DNA from: an uncultured SAR116 cluster alpha proteobacterium
Lineage (GTDB): Bacteria > Pseudomonadota > Alphaproteobacteria > Puniceispirillales > GCA-002684695
Direction of reading: 5' to 3'
DNA length: 64,000 bases
NCBI GenBank assembly: GCA_902612965.1
Contig: CACMFN010000008.1
Location: 6,560-70,559 of the forward strand
Shown one piece after another: positions 1 through 9,091 of the stretch; the first letter of the stretch is position 1; each line of letters opens with the position of its first letter. The position numbers and the translations under genes were made by a program. Under the pieces are notes generated by a model. That model was not told the origin of the DNA, made no database searches, and saw only the letters and a program-made list of their open reading frames with translations.

Positions 1-74
<74 letters not shown>

Positions 75-213
75 CTCAAATTAATATTTCTTACCAAATA
101 AATTTAAAAAATATAAGTGAAATTAAACTTAACATTATAAATATAGTTACAATTATTAGCCAATATGTTTTTTCGCTCATCAGAAATATTTTTAATATTT
201 ATATCTTTTAAAA

Positions 214-2991
214 TTATCCATGTGCATTAAAAGCATGTGAAATTAATACTCCAATTTCAAGAATTAAATCATTACATGTAGATATTGGCTCTACAAAGTT
301 TTTTTGAATTGTTTTATAATTATCATTTAAATTTAAGTTTTTTGGAGTTTTTTGAAGGGTTGAATTTTTTGCCCTTGGAAATGCAAGTTTTATCTGATCA
401 ATAACATTAACTAAGTCCATTCTTAGGGCAGATGAAATCAAAATTTCTGGACTTAAATTATCTCTGGCTGAAAATGAAGGTATTTGTGAAGTCAGCAATA
501 GAGTATGAGCCATAAGAGATATTCTAAGTGACTGTAATAAGTCCAATGAAGTTCTTTCATCATTTTCCGGATGCAAATTTAATTCATTTGATACCATTGA
601 ATGAAAATCTAAAGCATCATCTCTCAACATTGTAACTAATCTTTTTACAGACTCTGAGCGCTTATCATTCTCTAATGATTTTGAGAGTTTTCTAAATGCA
701 TTACGCATTTTTTTCTCAGAATTACTATATGACCTCCCCACCCAATAAGATTGATCCAGTATAAGTGTGTATGCTAGTGGTGTATTAAGTGAACTAAGTT
801 TCTTTGCTTCAAGTCCTACTCTAAGTAGTTGTTTAAATCTTTTTGAATTTTTCTTCAAATACCCAAACTTTTCTACATCAATGTTTACTGCTGTTCCTAA
901 TCCTCCAGCAATATGAGCTAAATAACCATACTGTTGAAGTATAGCATTATGAGAGATGGCTCTAATTTGAGAAGGGTCTTTCCTTATATTTGAAAATTCT
1001 GTAGCTCTTTTATTAGTTCTTGAACCTGAAGGGACTATCAAATTGTTTGAAAATAAATCAAGCAATTGCCAGTAGTCAGGATCGATATATAATTTTTCGT
1101 GCCAGTTTTTTAAAGTTATAAAAAAATCAAGGACAAAATCCGTCTCTTTGTAAAACGGATCATTTTTAAAATTAGTAGGGATTAGCTCACTTACAAGAAC
1201 TGATGAAATTGTTTCTTCTGCAAGAGATTTACTTCCAAATCTTAAAAAACCGTCTCCACCCTGAAAACTGGTTTCGTGTTTAAATGCAAAGCCTTTATCT
1301 CTAAATGAATTTCTTGCGAAGGATGAAAAAATATATTGATTTCTCTCTAGGATTCCATCAGGGTGCCCACCTCTTCCTAGACTTTCACCATGTGTATTAA
1401 ATATTACAACTTCAATTTTTTTATTTATTTTTTCTTTAAATACTTCCGATAATTTTACTTGCAATCTTTCAACTGCTAAGGATGAAGTTATCTGCCCCAT
1501 AAATCTTCCTGCATCTGAGAAGCCAGTTTGTATACAAATTCTTTTTCTATTCTGAATATTTTTAATAAATGGATTGCAATCAAGCACTTGCTCTAAAATT
1601 CTAGCACCTCTCTCAATAGAGTTAGAAGTTTCAAATAATGGACTTATATCTAAAGAGTTGTTTACACCAAATTGTTTTGCGAAATATAATGCAGATAGAA
1701 TTGTTGCTGGATGATCGCATTCTGCAATTAGAAGCCTTATTGGAACTGAGTTATCAATATACTTAAGTATTAAGCTAGCTAGCATTAGTTGCCTTTTAGC
1801 TGTAGTAGGTTCTTTATCAATATCTTGAAAAGTTATTTGCTGAGAGTTAACATTTTCAATTAATTTTGAGAGTCTATTTAAATCTGTTCTAACTGAAGCA
1901 CTTGCAATACTTATATCCATTACACCTTTTAATGCATTGTGTAATTGAAGAGCATTGAACCTTAAATGAATTTCACCAATTCCGAAACCCTTATTAAAAA
2001 TTTCAGATGCAGTAATTAATAATTCATTTGAAAGATTTTTGTTTTTTGAAAATTTAGCAAGCTTTGTCAATCTTAGGGTAAAGAATTTTGAGTTAAAAGA
2101 TTGATCTTTAATTTTTTCAAACTTTTCCTCAAATTTGGTAAGTTTATTCAAATCATTACTTTTAATTAAAGAAATAAATTCAAATGTATTTAATTTTAAG
2201 GTCCCTATTTTTTTTAAAATTAAATTTAGTTCATTGTGAATTTTATCAGATTTATATTTGAATAAGTTTTTGACTTGTATTTCAAGTCTTTCTAACATTA
2301 AAGACTTTTCTTTTAGCCGAAAATAAAAAGAATCTATCCAATTAATATCAGCTCTTCCATCAAGGTCATATCCAACCCATGAAGCACAATTAATTATACT
2401 TGGAATAAAGTTTCTAAATTCAGCAGGCCATGTTTTTTGACCTAAGTTTAAAACTTCTTTATTTACTTCATTAACAACATTCCAGAAGTTATCTATTGCA
2501 TTAATAACTGCATTATGTTCATCAATTAATTTAATTTTGTTTATACTTCTTTGTTTAATATTTTGAAATCGTTTATTTTGTTTAATTAATTGACCTGCAA
2601 TAACAATATTATTCCATGCGTTATCATTAAGATTAAAAGTGGGATGCGCAGTAAAAACTGAACCAATTTTGTTTGAAGACCAGAACTTCTTATAGGACCT
2701 AAAAGTTTGTAGGTTATTTTCTTTTGTAATTTTGCTAATAGTTTTTTTTATATTAAAACTATTGTTTTTATTCAAATTTGATGCCCTTTGTAATATTAGT
2801 TCTTGCGATAAGTGTTCAATAATAGAATTGATTTTTGGAAAATCAATTTCATCGTTAACAAATTTTCTTGATAAAAGATGAGCAAGGCTTGAAACAGGAT
2901 TGATTGATGGATCTTCATATGATAATTTACGTTTTTCTTTAAGAAATGTTTTTAATTCTTTTATTAAAGAGATTATAGATTTTTTATTCAT
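214..2991 (-). CDS. ppc: Phosphoenolpyruvate carboxylase (divergent alphaproteobacterial type)
   Basis: 925 aa; VFTAHPT catalytic His motif, WVGYDLDGR, SPLFET, GFSDAG, HGESLGRGG, QIRAI. Confidence 0.9.
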   Translation of the reverse strand: MNKKSIISLIKELKTFLKEKRKLSYEDPSINPVSSLAHLLSRKFVNDEIDFPKINSIIEHLSQELILQRASNLNKNNSFNIKKTISKITKENNLQTFRSYKKFWSSNKIGSVFTAHPTFNLNDNAWNNIVIAGQLIKQNKRFQNIKQRSINKIKLIDEHNAVINAIDNFWNVVNEVNKEVLNLGQKTWPAEFRNFIPSIINCASWVGYDLDGRADINWIDSFYFRLKEKSLMLERLEIQVKNLFKYKSDKIHNELNLILKKIGTLKLNTFEFISLIKSNDLNKLTKFEEKFEKIKDQSFNSKFFTLRLTKLAKFSKNKNLSNELLITASEIFNKGFGIGEIHLRFNALQLHNALKGVMDISIASASVRTDLNRLSKLIENVNSQQITFQDIDKEPTTAKRQLMLASLILKYIDNSVPIRLLIAECDHPATILSALYFAKQFGVNNSLDISPLFETSNSIERGARILEQVLDCNPFIKNIQNRKRICIQTGFSDAGRFMGQITSSLAVERLQVKLSEVFKEKINKKIEVVIFNTHGESLGRGGHPDGILERNQYIFSSFARNSFRDKGFAFKHETSFQGGDGFLRFGSKSLAEETISSVLVSELIPTNFKNDPFYKETDFVLDFFITLKNWHEKLYIDPDYWQLLDLFSNNLIVPSGSRTNKRATEFSNIRKDPSQIRAISHNAILQQYGYLAHIAGGLGTAVNIDVEKFGYLKKNSKRFKQLLRVGLEAKKLSSLNTPLAYTLILDQSYWVGRSYSNSEKKMRNAFRKLSKSLENDKRSESVKRLVTMLRDDALDFHSMVSNELNLHPENDERTSLDLLQSLRISLMAHTLLLTSQIPSFSARDNLSPEILISSALRMDLVNVIDQIKLAFPRAKNSTLQKTPKNLNLNDNYKTIQKNFVEPISTCNDLILEIGVLISHAFNAHG

Positions 2992-3091
2992 AAATTATAT
3001 TTTAAGTATCACGACTAAAATCTACAATATAAATTTTTTAAATCTTCATATAAAACATTTCACAAATTTTACTATGTAGTTATTGATTGAG

Positions 3092-3706
3092 TTAATCGCT
3101 TTCCTCTTCTTTTGCAGGACATTTACCCTCACATTTTATTAAAACATCATTTTCAAAAATCTGAATTTTGAACAATTCACCCTGTTTATTAAAGTATTCC
3201 CATAAACCTTCTTTTTGTCCTTCAATAAAGTTACCCATTGAGAATAATCTTCCGTTTAAATGAAAAGTTTGCCATCTTCCATTTAAGTTACCTTGGTAAT
3301 AGTTACCAATATATAAAAAATTACCCTCGTTACTAAATTCCTGCCAATTTCCATCTTCAAGACCTTTGACGTAATTTCCTAAAGCTTTAATCTTTCCATC
3401 CTCAAAATAAATTTCAAATGGACCTTCCTTAAAACCATTTTTATAATTGATTGTTGATTTTACAGTTCCATTTTGATGAAATTCTTTCCATTCAAATTCT
3501 CTCAATCCATCTACATATTCACCTTTCTCTTTAGTTTCACCAGTCTCATACTTTGAGATAACAATTCCAGTTACTGGCTCATCACTCTCTTGATGAAAAG
3601 CAAGATTACCTCTGTAAATTAATTTTTCTTCTAATATGTTTTGTCCCCAAGAAAAATTTGAAAGAAAACAGAAACTAAAAATGTATATAATAAAATAGTT
3701 TTTCAC
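3092..3706 (-). CDS. Exported MORN-variant repeat protein (YwqK-like)
   Basis: Hydrophobic N-terminal signal; about 24-aa repeats of the type GxYxxGxxxGxWxxFxxNG. Confidence 0.8.
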   Translation of the reverse strand: MKNYFIIYIFSFCFLSNFSWGQNILEEKLIYRGNLAFHQESDEPVTGIVISKYETGETKEKGEYVDGLREFEWKEFHQNGTVKSTINYKNGFKEGPFEIYFEDGKIKALGNYVKGLEDGNWQEFSNEGNFLYIGNYYQGNLNGRWQTFHLNGRLFSMGNFIEGQKEGLWEYFNKQGELFKIQIFENDVLIKCEGKCPAKEEESD

Positions 3707-3814
3707 TTTATCGTTTAGCTAATAATCTAAATTAGGTTAATATAAGTTAATTTTACGATTTGCAAAAGATATGCCTATACTTATTTTATCCATAATTTAA
3801 TTAAGGAGATATTT

Positions 3815-4768
3815 TTGAGTATGCACAAAATAATTTTAGATTGTGATCCAGGTCATGACGACGCTATTGCAATTTTACTAGCATTATCTTCACCAGAAGA
3901 AATTGAATGCTTAGGAATTACAGTGTGTGCAGGGAATGTCCCAATAGAATTAACAGCTAAGAATGCCCTGAGAATTTTATCCTTAATTGAAAATAAAATT
4001 GTGCCAGTATTTAGAGGTTGCCCTAAACCTCTTGTTACAAAGTTAGTAACAGCTGAACATGTCCATGGAGAAAGTGGTTTAGATACTGGTTCAGGTGTTT
4101 CATTGCCTGAACCTATAATTAATTGCGAGAAGCAACATGCTGTGGAATTTATCTTAGAAACTTTGAGTAAACATCCTTCATATGAAATAACTTTAGTAGC
4201 AACCGGACCTCTAACTAACTTAGCTGCGGCTTATACACTAGATCCAAAAACATTTAAAAAAGCTAAAAATATTATTTTAATGGGTGGAGCAGGATTTGAG
4301 CCTGGAAATATTACTCCTGCTGCAGAGTTTAATATTTTTGTTGACCCTTTTGCCGCAAAGTCAATCTTTGAAAGTGAGATTGAAATTTTTATGTTTGGGC
4401 TGGATGTTACACATCAAATGATCATTACACCAAAAAGACTAAGTTTAATCAAGAAGAGCTCTAATTTGATAGGTCCAACTATAGCTGACTTGCTTACATT
4501 TTTTAATTCCTATGACACTAAAAAATATGGTTGGGATGGGGCACCACTTCATGACCCATGCACTATAGCATGGTTAATAAAGCCAGAAATCTTTCAGATA
4601 AAGAAAATGTCAGTAGAGATTGAAACTAATAATGGGCCAGCCTTCGGAAGAACTATTGCAGACTGGTTTAATGTTACTGATAAAAATAAAAATGTTAATG
4701 TAGCCATTTCTGGAAAACCAGATCAATTTTTTGATTTGATAGCAGATCGACTTAGCCGCTTTAGTTAA
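3815..4768 (+). CDS. Nucleoside hydrolase (IU-NH/RihA family)
   Basis: DCDPGHDD Ca-binding motif, HVHGESG, TGPLTN, AEFNIFVDP, PLHDP; AGGAG SD at 3804-3808; alternative ATG start at 3821. Confidence 0.93.
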   Translation: MSMHKIILDCDPGHDDAIAILLALSSPEEIECLGITVCAGNVPIELTAKNALRILSLIENKIVPVFRGCPKPLVTKLVTAEHVHGESGLDTGSGVSLPEPIINCEKQHAVEFILETLSKHPSYEITLVATGPLTNLAAAYTLDPKTFKKAKNIILMGGAGFEPGNITPAAEFNIFVDPFAAKSIFESEIEIFMFGLDVTHQMIITPKRLSLIKKSSNLIGPTIADLLTFFNSYDTKKYGWDGAPLHDPCTIAWLIKPEIFQIKKMSVEIETNNGPAFGRTIADWFNVTDKNKNVNVAISGKPDQFFDLIADRLSRFS

Positions 4769-5397
4769 TGAAAGTAAATAACAGCAAATTAATTTATAAA
4801 ACAATTACAGCTTATAAGGAGCAAAATCAAAAATTTGGCTTTTCTCCAAAAGGTGTTTTTTGGCAAAATGATAAAACACAGATTGCCAGATTTAATTCTC
4901 TCATAAATGGTATACTAACACCAGATTTAAATGGTGGTATATCTATTTCTGATTTTGGTTGTGGGTATGGTGCTTTTTATAGATATATAAAAAATAAACA
5001 ATTTATGAATAATAGTTCATTTATAGGTTATGACATTGTGGATAATTTTATTTTTGAAGCAAAAAAAAATTATCCCAATGCCGAATGGAAGTGTTCAGAC
5101 AAACTAGCCCGAGAAACAGATTATTTATTTATTTCTGGCACACTAAATATGGCATTTAATTACTCAATAAATGAATGGCAAAGATATTTGGAAAGTCAGA
5201 TTGAAGAATGCTTTATACATGTCAAAAAAGTATTAGCATTCAATTTATTATTTGCGGAAAAAATGAAAATTGAAAAAGGATTGTTTTACGCAGAAATAGA
5301 TAGAGTATTTGATTTTTGTGATAAAAATTTAGGCAATACAGTAATTTCAAAAACACCTGGAACAGAAAAAGACATAACTGTATTTGTTACGAAATAA
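4768..5397 (+). CDS. Class I SAM-dependent methyltransferase
   Basis: DFGCGYG motif I, GYD motif II, N-terminal G-x-SP-x-GV-x-W...Q-xx-RF; TAATG overlap with the upstream gene. Confidence 0.85.
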   Translation: MKVNNSKLIYKTITAYKEQNQKFGFSPKGVFWQNDKTQIARFNSLINGILTPDLNGGISISDFGCGYGAFYRYIKNKQFMNNSSFIGYDIVDNFIFEAKKNYPNAEWKCSDKLARETDYLFISGTLNMAFNYSINEWQRYLESQIEECFIHVKKVLAFNLLFAEKMKIEKGLFYAEIDRVFDFCDKNLGNTVISKTPGTEKDITVFVTK

Positions 5398-5398
5398 T

Positions 5399-5626
5399 TT
5401 ATTCAACCCAAGTACTATTTCTTTTTCTAAAAGTAGGATCGTCATTCATTATTGACTGAAAAACTTCTGCTACTTTGGAATGTGCTTCTCTACTTTTCTT
5501 TAAAAAAGCATCTAATGGTATAACGATATCACCATCGTTTCTAATGTAGGGTGCATCGTAATCTTTGTATCTTTTTAAAAGACGTAATAAATCAGCTATT
5601 AATTCCTTTTCTTTATCTCTATTCAT
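5399..5626 (-). CDS. Hypothetical small protein (about 75 aa)
   Basis: ORF fills the gap between genes; GAGGT SD upstream of the ATG at 5626 (the track starts it at 5647). Confidence 0.7.
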   Translation of the reverse strand: MNRDKEKELIADLLRLLKRYKDYDAPYIRNDGDIVIPLDAFLKKSREAHSKVAEVFQSIMNDDPTFRKRNSTWVE

Positions 5627-5643
5627 TAATACCTCTGCGATGA

Positions 5644-5841
5644 TCAAATTTCTTTATCTATGAATGTAAACTCTAAACCGTGAAGATTTCCAACATACAA
5701 ATTATTGTTTTTCAATTTCAACTTAATTATCGCATTTTGTACTGCAACATCTAAGCCACCTCGGTATAACCTTATAACCTTTCCTTTCACATCTTTTTCA
5801 GTATCTGTACAATGAATAAAAATTTCTTGGTCTATTCTCAT
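5644..5841 (-). CDS. Hypothetical small beta-rich protein (65 aa)
   Basis: ATG ORF 11 nt downstream of DUF2237; protein-like pattern CTD...YVGNLHGLEF. Confidence 0.75.
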   Translation of the reverse strand: MRIDQEIFIHCTDTEKDVKGKVIRLYRGGLDVAVQNAIIKLKLKNNNLYVGNLHGLEFTFIDKEI

Positions 5842-5852
5842 TTAAAAAAATT

Positions 5853-6254
5853 TCACCCTTCGTTTATAGCATGCTTTTTTAAGTCTTCTAAACTGCAAAT
5901 ATTAAGTGTTATTATATTGGTTGAGGTAAGTTTCACTTTTGGTGCTTTGCCCGCTTCAAATGCTTGTTGCCACCTTTTTGCACATAAACACCATAAGTCG
6001 CCTGGCTTTAATCCTTGAAATTCAAACTCCGGTCTTGGTGTTGACAAGTCATTACCAACAGATTTCGAGTACTCTAAAAACTCAAAAGTCATTTCGGAAC
6101 AAACAGTATGCAAGCCATAATCATTATAGTCAGTTTCACAGCAACCATTTCTGTAAAAACCAGTAACTGGGTCCATAGAACAAGTTTGAAGAACTCCACC
6201 TAAAACATTTTTTTGAGATTTTTGTGGATTATTATTTGAAAATCCATCTGGCAT
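5853..6254 (-). CDS. DUF2237 family protein
   Basis: NVLGxxLxxCSxDPxTGFYRNGCC, GxHTVC, GNDLSTP, GLKPGDxWCLCAxRW. Confidence 0.92.
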   Translation of the reverse strand: MPDGFSNNNPQKSQKNVLGGVLQTCSMDPVTGFYRNGCCETDYNDYGLHTVCSEMTFEFLEYSKSVGNDLSTPRPEFEFQGLKPGDLWCLCAKRWQQAFEAGKAPKVKLTSTNIITLNICSLEDLKKHAINEG

Positions 6255-6272
6255 TTTATAACCTTTCTATAC

Positions 6273-6974
6273 TTATTTATTTAATAAACTTTTTGACTCT
6301 TTTTCAATCATATTTTGTAATTTTGACATAAACTTTTTCTTTTCCATACCAGGTAATATTTTAGAAAGAATTGATACTTTAATAGTACCAGGACCACTAA
6401 CTTTAAAATTAAACCAAAATTTCCCTGAATTTAGAGCAATCGGTACTACAGGAATTTTTAAATGACTATATAAAGCAAATACTCCTGGAAGATATGGTTT
6501 TTGAACCCCAGGTTTAACTCGAGTACCTTGAGGATATATAATAATATTGTCCCCTCTATCTATAGCATATTTTGAACTAGATAATAACCTTCTAATTGAT
6601 TGAACTTGCTTTCCTCTATCTAGAGGAATTGCGCCTGCATGCTTTAATAACCAACCTATAAATGGAATAGAAATTAATTCTTTTTTCATAACTATTGAAA
6701 TAGGCCCAGGCAATAAATTTGCTAGCACAATAGTTTCCCATATTGATTGATGTTGTATAGCATAAATCACTTGATTTTTTGGTAATTCCCCATTTATTTG
6801 GTAATCAATTTTAAAAAAAATATGTAAAATTAAATTAAGAAAGTATGACCATAAGCTTAAAGGTAACTTAAGAAATTTTCTAGGGAAAAATAATAGAGGA
6901 AGAGATATAATTGCTAAAACAGTAGTAAATAAATAAAACGTAATGAAAAAAAATATTTTTGACAAAAAATTCAT
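6273..6974 (-). CDS. plsC: 1-acyl-sn-glycerol-3-phosphate acyltransferase
   Basis: HQSIWET, KKELxxIPFIGW, YPQGTR, VVPIALNSG; N-terminal membrane anchor. Confidence 0.88.
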   Translation of the reverse strand: MNFLSKIFFFITFYLFTTVLAIISLPLLFFPRKFLKLPLSLWSYFLNLILHIFFKIDYQINGELPKNQVIYAIQHQSIWETIVLANLLPGPISIVMKKELISIPFIGWLLKHAGAIPLDRGKQVQSIRRLLSSSKYAIDRGDNIIIYPQGTRVKPGVQKPYLPGVFALYSHLKIPVVPIALNSGKFWFNFKVSGPGTIKVSILSKILPGMEKKKFMSKLQNMIEKESKSLLNK

Positions 6975-7004
6975 TAATGAATTGATACTTTATGGAAAAT
7001 AAAA

Positions 7005-7361
7005 ATGGAAGATATATCTATAAATTTTGAAACAAGAGTGTCATCATATCTTAATTTTTTAATTTCTGTAAAAGAAACTCGGACATACTCAGAAATAGCT
7101 GATAAATGTGATATAAAACCACCAGGAAAAATCAGAAAGATAAGTCGAATACTTTTAAAAATAACTGAGAATGATATAATTGATAAAAAGCCAATACGCT
7201 CAGCTGTAATTTTAAGTAAAATCAACAAAATGAATGGTAACAATATACCCCACGAAGATTTCTTTTTATTTTTGTCTAAAAATAAAATTTACAATGGAGA
7301 AAAAAATATAAAATCATTTACTCAGTTTCATAAGAAACTAATTAAAGAATTATTCAGCTAA
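7005..7361 (+). CDS. Hypothetical protein, probable winged-helix DNA-binding fold
   Basis: 118 aa, basic; TYSEIA...PIRSAVILSK...IPxxDFF pattern. Confidence 0.65.
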   Translation: MEDISINFETRVSSYLNFLISVKETRTYSEIADKCDIKPPGKIRKISRILLKITENDIIDKKPIRSAVILSKINKMNGNNIPHEDFFLFLSKNKIYNGEKNIKSFTQFHKKLIKELFS

Positions 7362-7606
7362 ATTTCATTTTTTTTTATAAAACAATTTAGATTTTTATTT
7401 TTTTTAATTACTTGTAATAAAATGTGCCCTGAAACTTCACAGAAATGCTTCAAGTCAAGATTTGCAGCTGGATCATCTGCTATAATTTCAATTACCTCAC
7501 CATTATTATGATTTTTTAAAGCCCTTTTAGTTTTTAAAACTGGAAGTGGACATTTAAGGCCTGTAAAATCATATATTTGGATTGGCTTTATTTGTTTTTC
7601 TGTCAT
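7358..7606 (-). CDS. tusA: Sulfur carrier protein, TusA family
   Basis: DFTGLKCPLPVLK, ADDPAA, FCEVSGH. Confidence 0.9.
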   Translation of the reverse strand: MTEKQIKPIQIYDFTGLKCPLPVLKTKRALKNHNNGEVIEIIADDPAANLDLKHFCEVSGHILLQVIKKNKNLNCFIKKNEI

Positions 7607-8982
7607 ACAAAAAGTTTTCCAGGGTTCAATAGTCCTTTTGGATCAAAGGCATGTTTAATACCTTTCATAAGTTTAATAGAGGCACCAACTTCTTTGGCAA
7701 GAAACTCCGCTTTGCCATATCCTATGCCATGCTCACCAGTGCAAGTTCCTCCCAAATCAATTGCTTTTTCTACCATCCATTTATTATGAGACTTAGCTTT
7801 TTTGAATTGTTCTTGATCACCAGGCTCGATAAGATAAAGTAAGTGAAAGTTTCCGTCCCCTACATGCCCTACAAGTGGAGCCTGTAAATTCATCTCTTTT
7901 AATTTTTCTTTAGATTCTATAATACAATCAGAAAGTGAAGTTATGGGAACGCAAACATCGGATGACCAAGCCTCACATCCAGGCTTAAGTGCCAAAGCTG
8001 CATAATAAGCATTGTGCCTTGCCTCCCAAAGTTTATTTCGTTCTTCGGGTAGGTTTTTCCAGATAAAATTTGCCCCACCATATTCTCTCGTAATTTCTTG
8101 GATTGTTCTTGTTTGTTCAGAGATTTCATTTTCTGTACCATGAAATTCAAAAAACAGAGTAGGTTTGGGTTTAAACTCATTTAATTTTGAATAATTAATG
8201 CAAGCCTCCATTTGCACTTCATCCAATAACTCAATTCTAGCTAATGGAACACCGCTTAACAAAGATTCAATTACTGAATTAACTGAATCTTCTAGATTAT
8301 CAAATTGACAAACAGCAGCAGAAATATTAGGTGGATTACCATATAATTTTAATGTTATTTCCGTAATAAGACCCAATGTTCCTTCAGATCCTACAAAAAT
8401 TCTAGTAAGATCATATCCAGCTGAACTTTTTCTTGCTCTACCACCAGTTTTAATAATCTCACCATTAGCCATTACCACCTTCAAACCCATTACATTATTT
8501 CTCATTGTACCATATCTAACTGCATTAGTTCCGCTTGCAGAAGTAGCTGCCATACCTCCTATTGTTGCATCTGCTCCAGGATCTACAGGGAAAAATAAAC
8601 CTGTGTCCTTTAACTGAGAACCTAATTCTTTTCTTGTAATACCTGCTTCAACAGTACAATCCATATCAAGTTGGTTAATTTCCAAAATTTTTTTCATTTC
8701 CGAAAAATCTATGCTAATTCCTCCTTTTAGTGCACCAATACCTCCTTCTAAAGAAGTTCCTACACCAAAGGGAATGATTGGAATAGAATAGTCTGAGCAG
8801 GTAAGAACTATATCTCTAACTTCATTTGTACTTTGAGGGAATACAACTCCATCTGGTGGAGCTGCTGGATAATAGGCTTCATCTTTGCCATGGCGCTCTA
8901 AAATGGTTTTATTAGTTGTAAATCTTTTACCAAACTTCTGTTGTAATTTTGCTTTAACTTTTTCTAAATTATCGTTTTTCAA
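7603..8982 (-). CDS. FAD-linked oxidase, D-lactate dehydrogenase (cytochrome)/GlcD family
   Basis: PFGVGTSLEG, FFPVDPGADATIGGM, GSEGTLG, GHVGDGNFH, TGEHGIG, LNPGK. Confidence 0.9.
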   Translation of the reverse strand: MKNDNLEKVKAKLQQKFGKRFTTNKTILERHGKDEAYYPAAPPDGVVFPQSTNEVRDIVLTCSDYSIPIIPFGVGTSLEGGIGALKGGISIDFSEMKKILEINQLDMDCTVEAGITRKELGSQLKDTGLFFPVDPGADATIGGMAATSASGTNAVRYGTMRNNVMGLKVVMANGEIIKTGGRARKSSAGYDLTRIFVGSEGTLGLITEITLKLYGNPPNISAAVCQFDNLEDSVNSVIESLLSGVPLARIELLDEVQMEACINYSKLNEFKPKPTLFFEFHGTENEISEQTRTIQEITREYGGANFIWKNLPEERNKLWEARHNAYYAALALKPGCEAWSSDVCVPITSLSDCIIESKEKLKEMNLQAPLVGHVGDGNFHLLYLIEPGDQEQFKKAKSHNKWMVEKAIDLGGTCTGEHGIGYGKAEFLAKEVGASIKLMKGIKHAFDPKGLLNPGKLFV

Positions 8983-9091
8983 TTTTAGAATCTATTCTTT
9001 TATGAGTATTATAATTTGATTAATTTATATAAAATATATTATTGATAATAATATGTTTTAGATTTTTTTCAAAAAAATAGTTAAATTATAA

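Noticed and set aside
3736-3750. GTTAA-N5-GTTAA as a CtrA box
   Set aside because: Spacing is TTAA-N6-TTAA rather than N7, and TTAA is very frequent at this AT content
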